A stretch of DNA of 64,000 bases from Vicinamibacterales bacterium (GTDB taxonomy: Bacteria; Acidobacteriota; Vicinamibacteria; Vicinamibacterales; JAMQPK01), in contig CAWKKU010000013.1 in NCBI GenBank assembly GCA_963850295.1, forward strand, positions 249,437 through 313,436, in the 5' to 3' direction. Below the pieces are notes generated by a model. The model was not told where the DNA came from and made no database searches. It was given only the letters and a program-made list of their open reading frames with translations. Shown piece after piece: positions 9,110-19,368 of the stretch. Positions within the stretch are counted from its first letter, which is position 1. Every line of letters begins with the position of its first letter. The translations under genes and the position numbers were made by a program.

Positions 9110-9791
9110 AAACAAGAGTCCAAAGGCCGGGCGCGGTGCCAGCCGTGCCCTGCCTGTAATCCGGAAGCTGTACGAACAGCATCCCGATGCCGACACCGAG
9201 CTCGACTACAAGAATCCATTTCAGCTGCTGGCCGCGACCATCCTGTCCGCGCAGTCCACAGACGCCGGCGTCAACCGCGTCACACCCGCGCTCTTCAAGC
9301 GGTATCCGGACGCGTCCTCGCTCGCCAAAGCCAAACCGGCGGAGCTCGAACGGCTCATCCACTCGACGGGATTTTTCCGCTCGAAGGCGCGGTCACTCAT
9401 GGGCATGGCTTCGGCACTCGTGGAAACCCATGACGGCAATGTTCCGAACACCATGGAGGCGCTGGTCGAACTCCCCGGCGTCGGGCGAAAGACGGCAAAC
9501 GTCGTACTTGGCCATGCGCTTGGCGTTCCGGGGTTGCCCGTCGATCGGCACGTTCTGCGCGTCTCGAATCGGATCGGCATTGCCACCTCCGAAGATGCGG
9601 TAGAGGTGGAGCAGCAGCTCACGTCTGCCCTGCCGCCGTCAGAATGGACGAAAGCGTCTGACACGCTCATTCTTCACGGACGCCGTATCTGCAAGCCCAA
9701 GCCCCTCTGCCAGGAGTGTGTGGTGCGCGATGATTGTGATTTTTACCGGACCTTGGTGGCAGGTCCGAAGTCGAAAAAAAAGTCCGGCTGA
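9093..9791 (+). CDS. nth: Endonuclease III
   Basis: 232-aa ORF with the HhH-GPD motif (LVELPGVGRKTANVVLG), catalytic VDRHVLRV and a C-terminal 4Fe-4S cluster loop (CKPKPLCQECVVRDDC). Confidence 0.92.
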   Translation: MARSTKNKSPKAGRGASRALPVIRKLYEQHPDADTELDYKNPFQLLAATILSAQSTDAGVNRVTPALFKRYPDASSLAKAKPAELERLIHSTGFFRSKARSLMGMASALVETHDGNVPNTMEALVELPGVGRKTANVVLGHALGVPGLPVDRHVLRVSNRIGIATSEDAVEVEQQLTSALPPSEWTKASDTLILHGRRICKPKPLCQECVVRDDCDFYRTLVAGPKSKKKSG

Positions 9792-9799
9792 AGCCGGAC
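9782..9799. repeat. REP-like hairpin GTCCGGC-TGAA-GCCGGAC at the nth stop codon
   Basis: gtccggctgaagccggac. The nth stop TGA (9789-9791) lies in the loop and the last nth codons (aag tcc ggc) form the 5' arm. Confidence 0.8.
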
Positions 9800-9825
9800 G
9801 CTACGTCTATCAGTCCGGCAATCGA

Positions 9826-10620
9826 ATGCGTACACGGAAGCGGTTCGGCCAGCACTTTCTGGAGCCTGTGTGGGCGGACAAGGTGGTGGACGCGATCGCG
9901 CCGCTTCCCGGAGATGTCTTCCTCGAGATAGGACCAGGTGCGGGAGTCCTGACGCGGCGTCTGGCGCCGCGCGTGTCGCGGTTGACCGCCGTCGAAATCG
10001 ACCGCGACCTGATCGCCGCGCTCGCACCAGAACTTCCGGCCAACGCAACGATCGTCTCCGGCGACGTGCTCGAGCTCGACCTGCGCGAGATCCTGCCCGA
10101 GAGCGGACCAGTCCGCGTCGCCGGTAATCTTCCCTACAACATCTCTTCTCCAATTCTGTTCCGCGTGCTCGAGCTGGCGTCGCAGCGCCCGGTAACAGAT
10201 GCCACCTTCATGCTCCAGAGAGAGGTAGCGGACCGGATCATCGCGAGGCCTGGCACACGGGAATACGGTGTCCTGAGTGTGCTGACACAGTGGCACACAG
10301 ACGTCTCCCGCCTGCTCGCGATCCCGCCTGGCGCGTTCCGGCCGCCTCCCGACGTGCGCTCCGCGCTCATTCGGATGCGCTTTCGGCCGTCCCCATTTCC
10401 ACTGAAAGATCCCGTGGTGTTCGAGCGCATGGTGAGAAGCGTCTTCACCCAGCGCCGCAAGACGCTGGCGAACGCCCTGGCGCCTTTCGCCGCAAGCGTC
10501 GGGGTCGAAAGCACGGCGGCGCTCACCGCTGCGGCGATCGACCCGCGCCGGAGGCCTGAGACGCTGGAGGTTATTGAAATGGCTAGACTTGCCGACGCCC
10601 TGGCTGCCGAAAAAACGTAA
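9826..10620 (+). CDS. rsmA: 16S rRNA (adenine1518/1519-N6)-dimethyltransferase
   Basis: MRTRKRFGQHFLEPVWADKVVDAI...EIGPGAGVLT...NLPYNISSPILF. The internal ATG of ORF 9718..10620 was chosen to match the KsgA N-terminus. Confidence 0.9.
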   Translation: MRTRKRFGQHFLEPVWADKVVDAIAPLPGDVFLEIGPGAGVLTRRLAPRVSRLTAVEIDRDLIAALAPELPANATIVSGDVLELDLREILPESGPVRVAGNLPYNISSPILFRVLELASQRPVTDATFMLQREVADRIIARPGTREYGVLSVLTQWHTDVSRLLAIPPGAFRPPPDVRSALIRMRFRPSPFPLKDPVVFERMVRSVFTQRRKTLANALAPFAASVGVESTAALTAAAIDPRRRPETLEVIEMARLADALAAEKT

Positions 10621-10766
10621 CTGTGTGTTATCCTTTTCGCCTCTCCTCAGGCGGCGCCCAGCAGCCTGGTCAGGTGGTCGCGCCTAGCGGCGCATCGCAC
10701 TAACGATCGATACCGCCCATCCACCGCCGAAAGGCGACGCGTGGGCCGACCTGTCTGTGTTTACGT

Positions 10767-12434
10767 ATGGCTCCAGCGATACAAGTGGTCCCGCTCGGCG
10801 GGCTCGGCGAATTCGGGATGAACTCGATGGCGGTGTCCACCGATCGAGCGACGCTCGTCATCGACGCCGGCGTGATGTTCGCGGGACCGGAGCTCCCCGG
10901 CGTCGATTTACTGATTCCTGACCTGACCTATCTGCAGCAGTGCCAGCCTCGTCCGTCCGCGCTGCTGCTGACGCATGGTCACGAAGATCACATCGGGGGC
11001 GTCCCGTATGTGTGGCCGCTGATTGAAGGGCCGGTGTACGGCACGCCGCTGACGCTGGCGCTCGTGCGACCCAAGCTCGAGGAGCACGGCATCGATCCCG
11101 GCGACCGACTGGTGCCCGTTCAGCCGCGCCAGCGCGTCCAGATCGGCGATTGCGAGGTGGAGTTCCTTCGGGTGACGCACAGCATGCCCGATTGCGTCGC
11201 GCTGGCGATTCATACGCCCGCTGGAACGATCGTGCACACCGGCGATTTCAAGATCGATCAGACGCCGATCGACGGCCAGCATTTCGACGTGCACCGTTTC
11301 GCGGAGCTCGGGAGCGCCGGCGTCATCGCGCTGTTCGCCGACAGCACGAACATCGATCGCAAGGGGTTCACCGGCTCCGAGCTCGAGGTGAAGGACGCGT
11401 TCGAGGAGATTTTCACGACCTGCACGGGCAAGCTGCTGGTCACGGCGTTCGCGTCCAGCGTGTACCGCATGCAGATTCTGGTCGATCTCGCAGTGCAGTT
11501 CGACCGGCGCGTGGTGTTTGCGGGCCGCGGGATGCTGCAGACATCGGATGCCGCGCAGCGGCTCGGATATCTCAGATTGCCGGCGGGATCGGTGATGCGC
11601 GACAGCGACATCGATTCGGTGCCGCCGTCGAAGGTGCTCTGCATGGCCACCGGCTCGCAGGGCGAGCCGTTCGCGGCGATGTCGCGCATCGCCATCGACG
11701 ATCACCGCCATGTCAAGGTGGGACCGGACGATACCGTCGTGTTCTCGGCCCGTGCGATTCCCGGGAACGAACGGGCGATTGGCCACGTCATGAACCATCT
11801 GGCGCGGCGGGGCACGGAAGTGATTTACGAGGGCATCAAACACGTGCACGTGTCCGGCCACGGCAGCGAGGAAGAGCTGAAGCTGATGCTCACGCTGGTG
11901 AAGCCCCGCTACTTCGTGCCGATTCACGGCGAGTACCGGCAGCTGTCGCAGCACGCGCGCATCGCCGGGCGCGTGTTCGCCGGGGCCATCCCCGAAGTAA
12001 AGGTCATGCTGATCGAAAACGGCGACATCGTCCGATTCGACGAGCACGGGGCGACCCTGGCCGGCAAGGCGCCCGTCGGCCGCGTGCTGATCGACGCCTC
12101 TGGCGCGGGCGAGGTGATCGACGAAGTCCTTCGCGATCGGCGCCATCTCGCCGAAGACGGCGTGGTCGTGCCCGTGGTCGCGATCAACAAACAGACCGGA
12201 ACCATCGAAGGCGATCCAGACGTGGTCAGCCGGGGCCTCGTTCAGGATGCCGGCAGCGCCGAGTTGCTGCGCGAGGGCTTGAAGCTGGTGGCCGACGTCA
12301 TTCATGGAGCAAGCGTTGAAGAACGCACCGATCAGGGCCTCATCAAGGAGAAAATTCGCGTCGAGCTACGACGCTTCATCAGGAAACGTTCGGGCCGCCG
12401 GCCGCTCATCGTCCCGGTCATCATGGAGGTCTAG
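10767..12434 (+). CDS. rnj: Ribonuclease J
   Basis: 555-aa ORF with a metallo-beta-lactamase/beta-CASP fold: LGGLGEFGMNSMAV, LLLTHGHEDHIGG, HVSGHGSEEEL. Confidence 0.92.
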   Translation: MAPAIQVVPLGGLGEFGMNSMAVSTDRATLVIDAGVMFAGPELPGVDLLIPDLTYLQQCQPRPSALLLTHGHEDHIGGVPYVWPLIEGPVYGTPLTLALVRPKLEEHGIDPGDRLVPVQPRQRVQIGDCEVEFLRVTHSMPDCVALAIHTPAGTIVHTGDFKIDQTPIDGQHFDVHRFAELGSAGVIALFADSTNIDRKGFTGSELEVKDAFEEIFTTCTGKLLVTAFASSVYRMQILVDLAVQFDRRVVFAGRGMLQTSDAAQRLGYLRLPAGSVMRDSDIDSVPPSKVLCMATGSQGEPFAAMSRIAIDDHRHVKVGPDDTVVFSARAIPGNERAIGHVMNHLARRGTEVIYEGIKHVHVSGHGSEEELKLMLTLVKPRYFVPIHGEYRQLSQHARIAGRVFAGAIPEVKVMLIENGDIVRFDEHGATLAGKAPVGRVLIDASGAGEVIDEVLRDRRHLAEDGVVVPVVAINKQTGTIEGDPDVVSRGLVQDAGSAELLREGLKLVADVIHGASVEERTDQGLIKEKIRVELRRFIRKRSGRRPLIVPVIMEV

Positions 12435-12435
12435 C

Positions 12436-14730
12436 GTGGCACGATCGACGCTCTCGCGCCGCGTCAGTGAATTCGTCGGCGTCGCGCTCTTCGGAGCGGC
12501 GCTGCTCTGGCTCATTGCGCTCGCGACCTACGAGCCGACCGATCCGGTCTGGTTCTTCAGCGCCGGGTCCGGAGCGCAGCCGGACAACTTCGCCGGCCGC
12601 GTCGGCGCGTTCCTCGCGGAGCTGTCGTTTCAGCTCATGGGCTACGCCTCGTACCTCATTCCCGCGGTGATGGTCGTGCTCGGCTGGCACAAATTCTGGT
12701 GCCGCGACGTCGACGCGCAATACACCAAGGTGGTCGGCGCCGGTCTGCTCTTCGGCTGTCTCAGCGCGCTGCTGAGCCTCGCGTTCGGCAGCGTGGAGGT
12801 GGCGGGCAAGTCGTTCCGCTCGGGGGGGTACCTGGGCGAATGGCTGGCGGCGTCGATGGCCGAGTACCTGAATCGCACGGGCTCGATCATCGTCATTCTC
12901 ACGCTGCTGTTTCTCGCCGTGATGTTATCGACGCAGTTCTCCCTCGGCAGAATGTTCTCGTCGGCGTCCGCGGTGAGCCGATCCGGCAGCTCGCGGCTGT
13001 TCGGCAAGTTCCGGGGCTGGATGGACGAGCGGCGCCGTGCGCGCCAGCGGAAGGCGCTGCTCGAAAAGCAGGGAAAAAAGCCCGATGCTGTGCCCGCCGT
13101 TGCCGCGGTGAAGAAAGCCCGTCGAGGCCGCGTTGGTCCGCGGCGGCGAAGGAGGAAGACGATGCGCCGCCGCCGCTGCAGATTGACGAGCGGCGTCCGC
13201 ACGTGACCAAGCGGCTCAAACCGGTCGAAAACCCGCCGCTGCCGCTGCCCGATCCCGAGCCGCGCGCACCACGCCGTATCGGCGCGTTCACGATCCCGCC
13301 GCTGTCGCTGCTCGACGCTCCGAAAGCCGAGCGAAAGATCGACGAGCGCGAGCTCATGGAAGGCGCGCGCCTGCTCGAAGAGAAATGCCGCGAGTTCGCC
13401 GTCGAGGGCGCCGTCGCGCAGATTCATCCGGGACCGGTCGTCACGACGTTCGAATTCAAGCCGGACGCCGGCGTGAAGTACGGAAAAATCACCGGCCTGG
13501 CCGACGATCTGTGCCTGGCGATGCAGGCCGAATCGGTGCTGATCGATCGCATTCCGGGGAAATCGACGGTCGGCATTCAGATCCCGAACCACACGCGCGA
13601 GCAGATTTCCCTTCGCGAGCTGCTGCAGTCGGAGGTCTACCAGCGCTCGGCGTCAAAGCTGACGCTCGCCCTCGGCAAGACGATCCATGGCGAGCCCTAC
13701 ATGACCGACCTCGCCCACATGCCTCACCTGCTCATCGCCGGCTCGACCGGGTACGGGCAAGTCGGTCGCCATCAACTCGATGCTGTCGAGCATTCTCTTC
13801 CGCGCGACGCCGGAAGAGGTGCGGCTGATCATGATCGACCCGAAGCGCGTCGAGCTCGGGATGTACGAAGACATCCCTCATCTCATGACGCCCGTCGTCG
13901 TCGATCCGAAGCTCGCGGTCAACGCCCTGCGCTGGGCGGTCAAGGAGATGGAAGACCGCTACAAAAAACTCGCTGCCGCCGGCGTCCGCAACATCGAGCA
14001 GTTCAACCGCAACGCCGCGCACGCGGCGAAGGAGAAGTCGCCGGACGAAGAGCTGCTGATGCCCCTCCCCTACATCGTCGTCGTCATCGACGAGCTGGCC
14101 GATTTGATGATGGTGGCGCGCGGCGACGTCGAGGAATCGATCGCACGGCTGGCGCAGATGGCGCGCGCGGTCGGCGTGCATCTCCTGCTGGCGACGCAGC
14201 GGCCGTCGGTGGACGTCATCACCGGCCTCATCAAAGCCAACCTGCCGTCGCGCATTTCGTTCCGCGTGCAGTCGAAGATCGACTCGCGAACGATTCTCGA
14301 CGGCAACGGCGCGGAGCAACTGCTCGGACGCGGCGACATGCTCTTCATGCCTCCGGGTTCGTCTCGCGCCGTGCGCCTGCACGGGCCGTACATTTCGGAG
14401 CAGGAAAGCGCGCGGCTCGCAAGCTTTCTGCGAAAACAGGGCAAGCCCGTCTACAACACGGCCATTACGGCCGAAGAGAAGAAGCTCGACGGCGGCATCG
14501 AGATGGAAAAAGACGACCTGTACGACGAAGCCTCGCGGATCGTCGTGTCGAGCGGCCAGGCGTCGATTTCCTATCTTCAGCGGCGCCTTCGCATCGGCTT
14601 CAGCCGCGCCGCCCGGCTGGTCGACATGATGGAAATGGACGGGCTCGTCTCCCCCGGCGTTGGCGGCAAGCCGCGGGAAGTGCTGGTGGACAAAAGTTAT
14701 TTCGACGAGGTTGATGCGCAGCTTCGGTGA
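12436..14730 (+). CDS. ftsK: DNA translocase FtsK; two frame disruptions in this sequence
   Basis: GTG start 2 nt after the rnj stop, then N-terminal TM helices (12436-13100). The middle frame 12699..14714 carries ..VAQIHPGPVVTTFEFKP... The motor frame 13780..14730 carries the AAA+ and gamma domains. The Walker A GSTGTGKSV is restored by deleting one g of ggg 13749-13751. The other shift lies near 13110-13150. Confidence 0.88.
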
Positions 14731-16489
14731 ACGTCTTGCCGGCGCGCTGGTCATGCTTGCGTGCGCTTCGAGCGCCGCAGCGCAGACGACTGCCCCGCCG
14801 GCGGAACAGCCGGCCGTGAGAACAGCCGCGGGCGCCCGTTATGAAGCGCTGCAGGAGCAAGAGCTGCTCGTCTCGACCTCCGCCGCCTCCGGACCGGACG
14901 ATTTCCGGTTCGTCATCAACAATTACTGGAGCTTCGTCCGGCGGCAGCCGTCGAGCGGCTACGCCGACAACGCGCTCTGGCAGGCAGGGAGCCTGTCGCA
15001 CGAGGCGCTGCGACGCTTCAACCAGGAACGCGACCGCTATCGCGCGGTGCAGTTGTTCCAATGGCTGCGCGACCAGTATCCGCACAGTCCGCTTCGCGCA
15101 AACGCGTCTGCCGCGATCGAACAGATTCAGGCCGGTCCCGCCGCGGCCGCCGCTCCGGACTCGACCATTCGCGCCGTGCACCGTGAGGTGTTGCCTGAGG
15201 TCGTGCGCATCACCGTCGAGCTCGACAAGGAAGTGCCGTTCTATCAGGAGCGCATCGACGGACCGTCGCGCCTGTTCTTCGATCTGAAAGGCACGAAGAC
15301 GGTTCCCGCGCTGGTCGATGCGACGTTCCGGTACGACTCGGACGTGGTGCGGCACATCCGCCTCGGCCGGCATCCCAACAGCATTACCCGGATCGTGCTG
15401 GACCTGGAGAACGTGGCGCGCTACAGCGTGTTCACCCTCTACACACCGTATCGCATCGTCATAGACGCCGAGCGGGCTCCGGGAGTGCGCTTCACGCCGT
15501 CGAAGGAGGCGGAGACTGCGGGGACGGTTGCCGTGGCGACGCAGAAACCACGTCCCGTCGCTGGCTCAACGGCTACGTCCAGCAAGCCACTCTCACCCGC
15601 TGCACGCGTCGCACCAGTGACGCCGATCGCGTCTTCCGCACCGGTGATACCGCCCGCGCCGGCCGCAGCGCCGGCAACCGGCACCGCGAGCATCCCCTCA
15701 GGCGCCGTCGCGCCCGTCGCGCCGAGCACGCCCTTGCCGCCTTCCGCCAACAAAGGCGGGTCGTTTTCGGTTGCGCGGCAGCTTGGCCTCGGCGTTTCAA
15801 AGATCGTCATCGATCCCGGCCATGGCGGCCACGATCCGGGCGCGTCGTCTTTTGGCGCAACCGAGGCGGACCTCGTGCTCGATGTCGCGCTCCGTCTCGA
15901 AAAGCTGTTGCAGCAAGAAGGGGTGGACGTGTTGCTCACGCGCCGGACCAATGACTATGTGTCCCTCGAAGAACGAACGGAAATGGCGAATCGGGAATCT
16001 GCGGATCTTTTCTTGTCGATTCATGCCAACGCGAGCGCGAACCCCGCCGCGCGCGGCGTGGAAACCTATTTCCTGAACTTTGCCTTGAATCCGCAGGCCG
16101 AAGCGGTTGCCGCGCGCGAGAACGCCGCGTCCGAAAAAACGATGAACAGCCTGCCGGGAATCATCAAGGCGATCACCCTGAACAACAAGCTGAACGAGTC
16201 GCGCGAGTTCGCGTCGACCATTCAGCGCGCGCTCGTGCGCGGTCTGCGTCCCGGCAACAAGGAACTGAAGGACCTGGGAGTGAAACAGGCGCCGTTCATG
16301 GTCCTGATTGGCGCCGCCATGCCGAGCGTGCTCGCGGAGATTTCGTTCGTCACCAACCAGCAGGAATCACGCCTGTTGAAGACTCCCGCCTACCGCGACC
16401 GAATAGCCGCTTCCCTGCTCGCCGGGATTCAGCGCTACCAGCAATCACTCAAGAAGGTCGAACGGGTGGCGTTGGAATCTAAGAACTGA
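14714..16489 (+). CDS. N-acetylmuramoyl-L-alanine amidase with an N-terminal TPR-like region and an AMIN domain
   Basis: Signal peptide MRSFGERLAGALVMLACASSAAAQ, an AMIN-like block (VVRITVELDKEVPFYQERIDGPSRLFFDL), a Pro/Ala linker and the Amidase_3 core (IVIDPGHGGHDPGA...SIHANA). The ATG overlaps the ftsK end. Confidence 0.85.
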   Translation: MRSFGERLAGALVMLACASSAAAQTTAPPAEQPAVRTAAGARYEALQEQELLVSTSAASGPDDFRFVINNYWSFVRRQPSSGYADNALWQAGSLSHEALRRFNQERDRYRAVQLFQWLRDQYPHSPLRANASAAIEQIQAGPAAAAAPDSTIRAVHREVLPEVVRITVELDKEVPFYQERIDGPSRLFFDLKGTKTVPALVDATFRYDSDVVRHIRLGRHPNSITRIVLDLENVARYSVFTLYTPYRIVIDAERAPGVRFTPSKEAETAGTVAVATQKPRPVAGSTATSSKPLSPAARVAPVTPIASSAPVIPPAPAAAPATGTASIPSGAVAPVAPSTPLPPSANKGGSFSVARQLGLGVSKIVIDPGHGGHDPGASSFGATEADLVLDVALRLEKLLQQEGVDVLLTRRTNDYVSLEERTEMANRESADLFLSIHANASANPAARGVETYFLNFALNPQAEAVAARENAASEKTMNSLPGIIKAITLNNKLNESREFASTIQRALVRGLRPGNKELKDLGVKQAPFMVLIGAAMPSVLAEISFVTNQQESRLLKTPAYRDRIAASLLAGIQRYQQSLKKVERVALESKN

Positions 16490-16497
16490 CGCAGGCG

Positions 16498-16612
16498 CTA
16501 AATCTATACACTAGAATCTAAAATCTAAAATCTAGAATTAAATCTAGAATCTAAAGTGCTCGGTCGCTGGGCTCCAAATTCCAGATTCTAGATTACAGAT
16601 TCTAGATTCACC
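16498..16612. repeat. CTAG-rich heptamer tandem array (AATCTAR)n, GC-rich core, then an inverted array (AGATTCT)n
   Basis: Left array ctaaatctatacactagaatctaaaatctaaaatctagaattaaatctagaatctaaag. Core tgctcggtcgctgggctcc. Right array aaattccagattctagattacagattctagattcacc. aatctagaatct (16541-16552) is exactly complementary to agattctagatt (16583-16594 and 16598-16609). The element fills the gap between convergent genes. Confidence 0.9.
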
Positions 16613-16626
16613 TTAATGAGCTCGCG

Positions 16627-18502
16627 TCACCTGGCGAGCAACTTCTCAATTTCGTCCATCACCCGGTTCATCTTTGCTATGGTCAGCTCGAGCGGGCGGT
16701 CGGTGGTCATGTCGACGCCGGCATCGGTCAGCAGGTCGATCGGGTATTTCGATCCGCCCGCCGACAGGAACTGCATGTAACGCTTCGTCGCCGCAGCGCC
16801 GGCGGCGCCCGGCGTCAGCACTCCTTCAGAGAGCGCCGTCGCAGCGGTGAAAGACGTCGCGTACTGAAAGACGTAATAGCTGCTGTAGAAGTGCGGCACG
16901 AAGCTCCATTCGTGCTGGATGTAGTCGTCGACGACGCAGACGCCCTGGTCGTGGCCGTAATACTTCTTGGTGACGTCGATGTACAGCTTGGCGATCGAGT
17001 CGCCGGTGAGCGGCCGTCCCTGCTGCGCCATCTCATGGACGCGGAGCTCGAAGTCGGCAAACTGCGTCTGGCGGAACACCGTCGACTTCAGCGTCTCGAG
17101 ATAGTTGCCGAGAATGGCGATGCGTGTGGCCGTATCCTTCACCCGCTTCAGCATGTGGTCGAGGAGCAGATCTTCGTTGAACTGCGACGCCACCTCGGCG
17201 ACGAAGGTGTGATAGCCCGCCAGCTGGAATGGCTGCGACCTGTTCGAGTGATAGCTGTGCATCGCGTGGCCGAGCTCATGCGCGACGGTCGACATGTCGT
17301 AGTACTTGCCGTTGTAGTTGATTAACGTGTAAGGATGGACGTCGTAGGCGCCGCCTGTGGCGTACGCGCCGGACCGTTTCCCTTCATTCGGCAGCAAATC
17401 GATCCACCGCTCCGCAAACGCGCGGTTGATTGCCGCTACATAATCGGAGCCCAGTGGAGCGACGGCGGCGGCGATGTTGGCCTGGGTTTCCTCGGGCGTA
17501 TAACTGAGGTCGACCGAGCCCACGAGCGGCGCATACAGATCGTAATAATGCAGGGTGTCAACGCCCATCATGCGCTTGCGGAGTCTGAGATACCTGTGGA
17601 ACGACGGCAGGCTGCGGTTGACGCCCTCGATGAGACGCGAGTACACGGAGACGGGAATATTCGACGCATCGAGTCTGGCAGCGAGGTCGGATTCGTAGTT
17701 GCGCGCCTTCGCGTAGAACTGGCTGGCGCGCACGGAGCCGCTCAGCGTCGATCCAAGGGTCTGGCTGAACTTCCCCAGCGCGCCGAAATACGCGGACATC
17801 GCGGCCTCGCGGTCGGCGCGATTCGAGGACTGCCGGACGATCGCAAACGTCTGCTGATCCAGTTTCACCGCGCGGCCGTCGCCGAGGGTGATCGTCGGAT
17901 ACGGAAACTCCGCGTTGAGCAGCAATCCTGAGGTAGCGGAAGATGCGCCGGCCACTGGCGAGACGCTGGCCAGTATCCGCTCCTCCGCCTCGCTCAAGGT
18001 ATGGGGAGCCCGCCGCACAATTTCGTCGATGATAAAACCGGTACGACGCGAGGCGGGGCTCGACTGAGAGAAATTGCGCGAGCTTCGGGGCGCCGATTTG
18101 AAGGATCTCGGGTTCGACGAAGGCCACCTCGGAGCCGAACGACGCGCCGATCAACGACATCTCCTGGCGCATGCCCTGATGCTCCGCATGCCGTGTATCT
18201 TCGTCAGCGCGCAGAAACGCGTACGTCCCCAGCCGGCTCATCGTCTTTCTGAGCGCCGTGATGCCCTCGAGCGCGTCGGCGAGCGCCGCAGGCGAATGGC
18301 CGAGCGTGCCCTTGAAACGCCGAACGCCGGGAATCTCCTTTTCGAGCAGATCCTTTGCCGCACGCCACGCCGCGCCCGATGCGTAGATCGGCGTCAGATC
18401 CCACTTGTATTTTTCGGGAATGCTGGCGCGGTCGCGCTGCTGAGCCAGCGCGCCGGCGCTCAGCACAATGACGGCCACGACAACGGAAAGACGCGGCAGC
18501 AT
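16627..18502 (-). CDS. pepF: Oligoendopeptidase F (M3 family metallopeptidase), secreted; one frameshift in this sequence
   Basis: Fragment 17558..18502 has a signal peptide plus the PepF N-terminal region. Fragment 16627..18018 has the zinc motif VAHELGHAMH. The frames join near 18035 (..YRF(Y/I)IDEIVRRAPHTLSEAEE..). Confidence 0.85.
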
Positions 18503-18539
18503 TCCTATCCCTCAGCGGACCCTGCTGTACAATCGTGCG

Positions 18540-18797
18540 ATGCAGGCCCCAAGCCCGCCCATCATAGTGAAAATCGTCGAAGAAAACGAAATCGCCGGAC
18601 TCGGCGACGTCATGATGGAAGCGATCGGCCTCACCGGCGTCATCGCTATCGGGGCGCTGCTATTCGGCCTGGTGCTGGCGACGATCATCATCAGCTACCG
18701 AAAACTGCACGCCCGCCTGCATCCCGACGAAGACGCGCAAACGCAGCCGCTGGGATTGACGCCGACGGACTCGGTGAACGTTGAATCTAAAATCTAG
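18540..18797 (+). CDS. Small single-pass membrane protein (hypothetical)
   Basis: Internal ATG of ORF 18468..18797: MQAPSPPIIVKIVEENEIAGLGDVMMEAIGLTGVIAIGALLFGLVLATIIISYRKLH... TGTACAAT (extended -10-like) lies 7 nt upstream. The last codons gaa tct aaa atc tag lie inside the heptamer array. Confidence 0.5.
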   Translation: MQAPSPPIIVKIVEENEIAGLGDVMMEAIGLTGVIAIGALLFGLVLATIIISYRKLHARLHPDEDAQTQPLGLTPTDSVNVESKI

Positions 18798-18815
18798 AAT
18801 CTAAAATCTAGAATT
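18783..18815. repeat. CTAG-rich heptamer array (GAATCTA/AAATCTA)n
   Basis: gaatctaaaatctagaatctaaaatctagaattt. It contains the stop codons of both convergent genes (TAG 18795-18797 on plus; complement of 18808-18810 on minus). Confidence 0.92.
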
Positions 18816-19227
18816 TACGATCTGGGAACGCGCGAGAGAACGTCTGCTTCCGCTTGGATTGCCTGCGTGTCGCCTCTTGCGCCGCCCAATTGGCGCGCGA
18901 CGTTTCCAGCGATGCTGTGAAGATTGCACAGAGTTCAGTGGCTTCGCAAAGGAGGGTCTGGTCTGTTGCGATTGAGCCCTTCTGCATGAATTCGAGCCAG
19001 CCAACGGATTCGTCGATTTCCTCGACAGCGATGCCGAGCTTGGCGATGAACTCGGGACGCGATCGGCCCCGCTTTGACGCGCGGTAGTTCGACCATGCCG
19101 ATGTTGCGGCTTTGTAAAACTGCACGCCAGGCACCTGAGCGTCGGGCGACTTCGGCAGCTTTCGGTAAAACGCTAGTGACTCCAAGGCAAATTGTTCGGC
19201 TCGCGCGAGCAGTTCTGCTGAATTCAT
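18808..19227 (-). CDS. Four-helix-bundle protein (23S rRNA intervening-sequence protein family)
   Basis: MNSAELLARAEQFALESLAFYRKLPKSPDAQVPGVQFYKAATSAWSNYRASKRGRSRPEFIAKLGIAVEEIDESVGWLEFM... fits the family pattern (LP...., S..N..EG..R.S..EF...L.IA..E..E...WL). An internal ATG was chosen; the track ORF extends to 19293. Confidence 0.75.
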   Translation of the reverse strand: MNSAELLARAEQFALESLAFYRKLPKSPDAQVPGVQFYKAATSAWSNYRASKRGRSRPEFIAKLGIAVEEIDESVGWLEFMQKGSIATDQTLLCEATELCAIFTASLETSRANWAAQEATRRQSKRKQTFSRAFPDRKF

Positions 19228-19333
19228 GGCCTGACTAACCGCATGTAACGTGCCGTCACGAAAGACGGCCAATGTGTGACATGACGCAGCCATGATGGCA
19301 ATTCGTGAGACGCCGCAACGCTATAAAGTGTTC

Positions 19334-19368
19334 AGATTTTAGATTCTAGATTCTAGATTCTAGATTCC
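19334..19368. repeat. CTAG-rich heptamer array (AGATTCT)n, inverted relative to 18783-18815
   Basis: agattttagattctagattctagattctagattcc. Positions 19334-19352 are the exact reverse complement of 18791-18809 (19 nt). The array contains the pepA stop codon. Confidence 0.92.

Noticed and set aside
16498-19368. The possibility that the short tandem arrays are CRISPR arrays.
   Set aside because: The period is only 7 nt, there are no unique spacers, and no cas genes are present. They are microsatellite-like arrays, not CRISPR.
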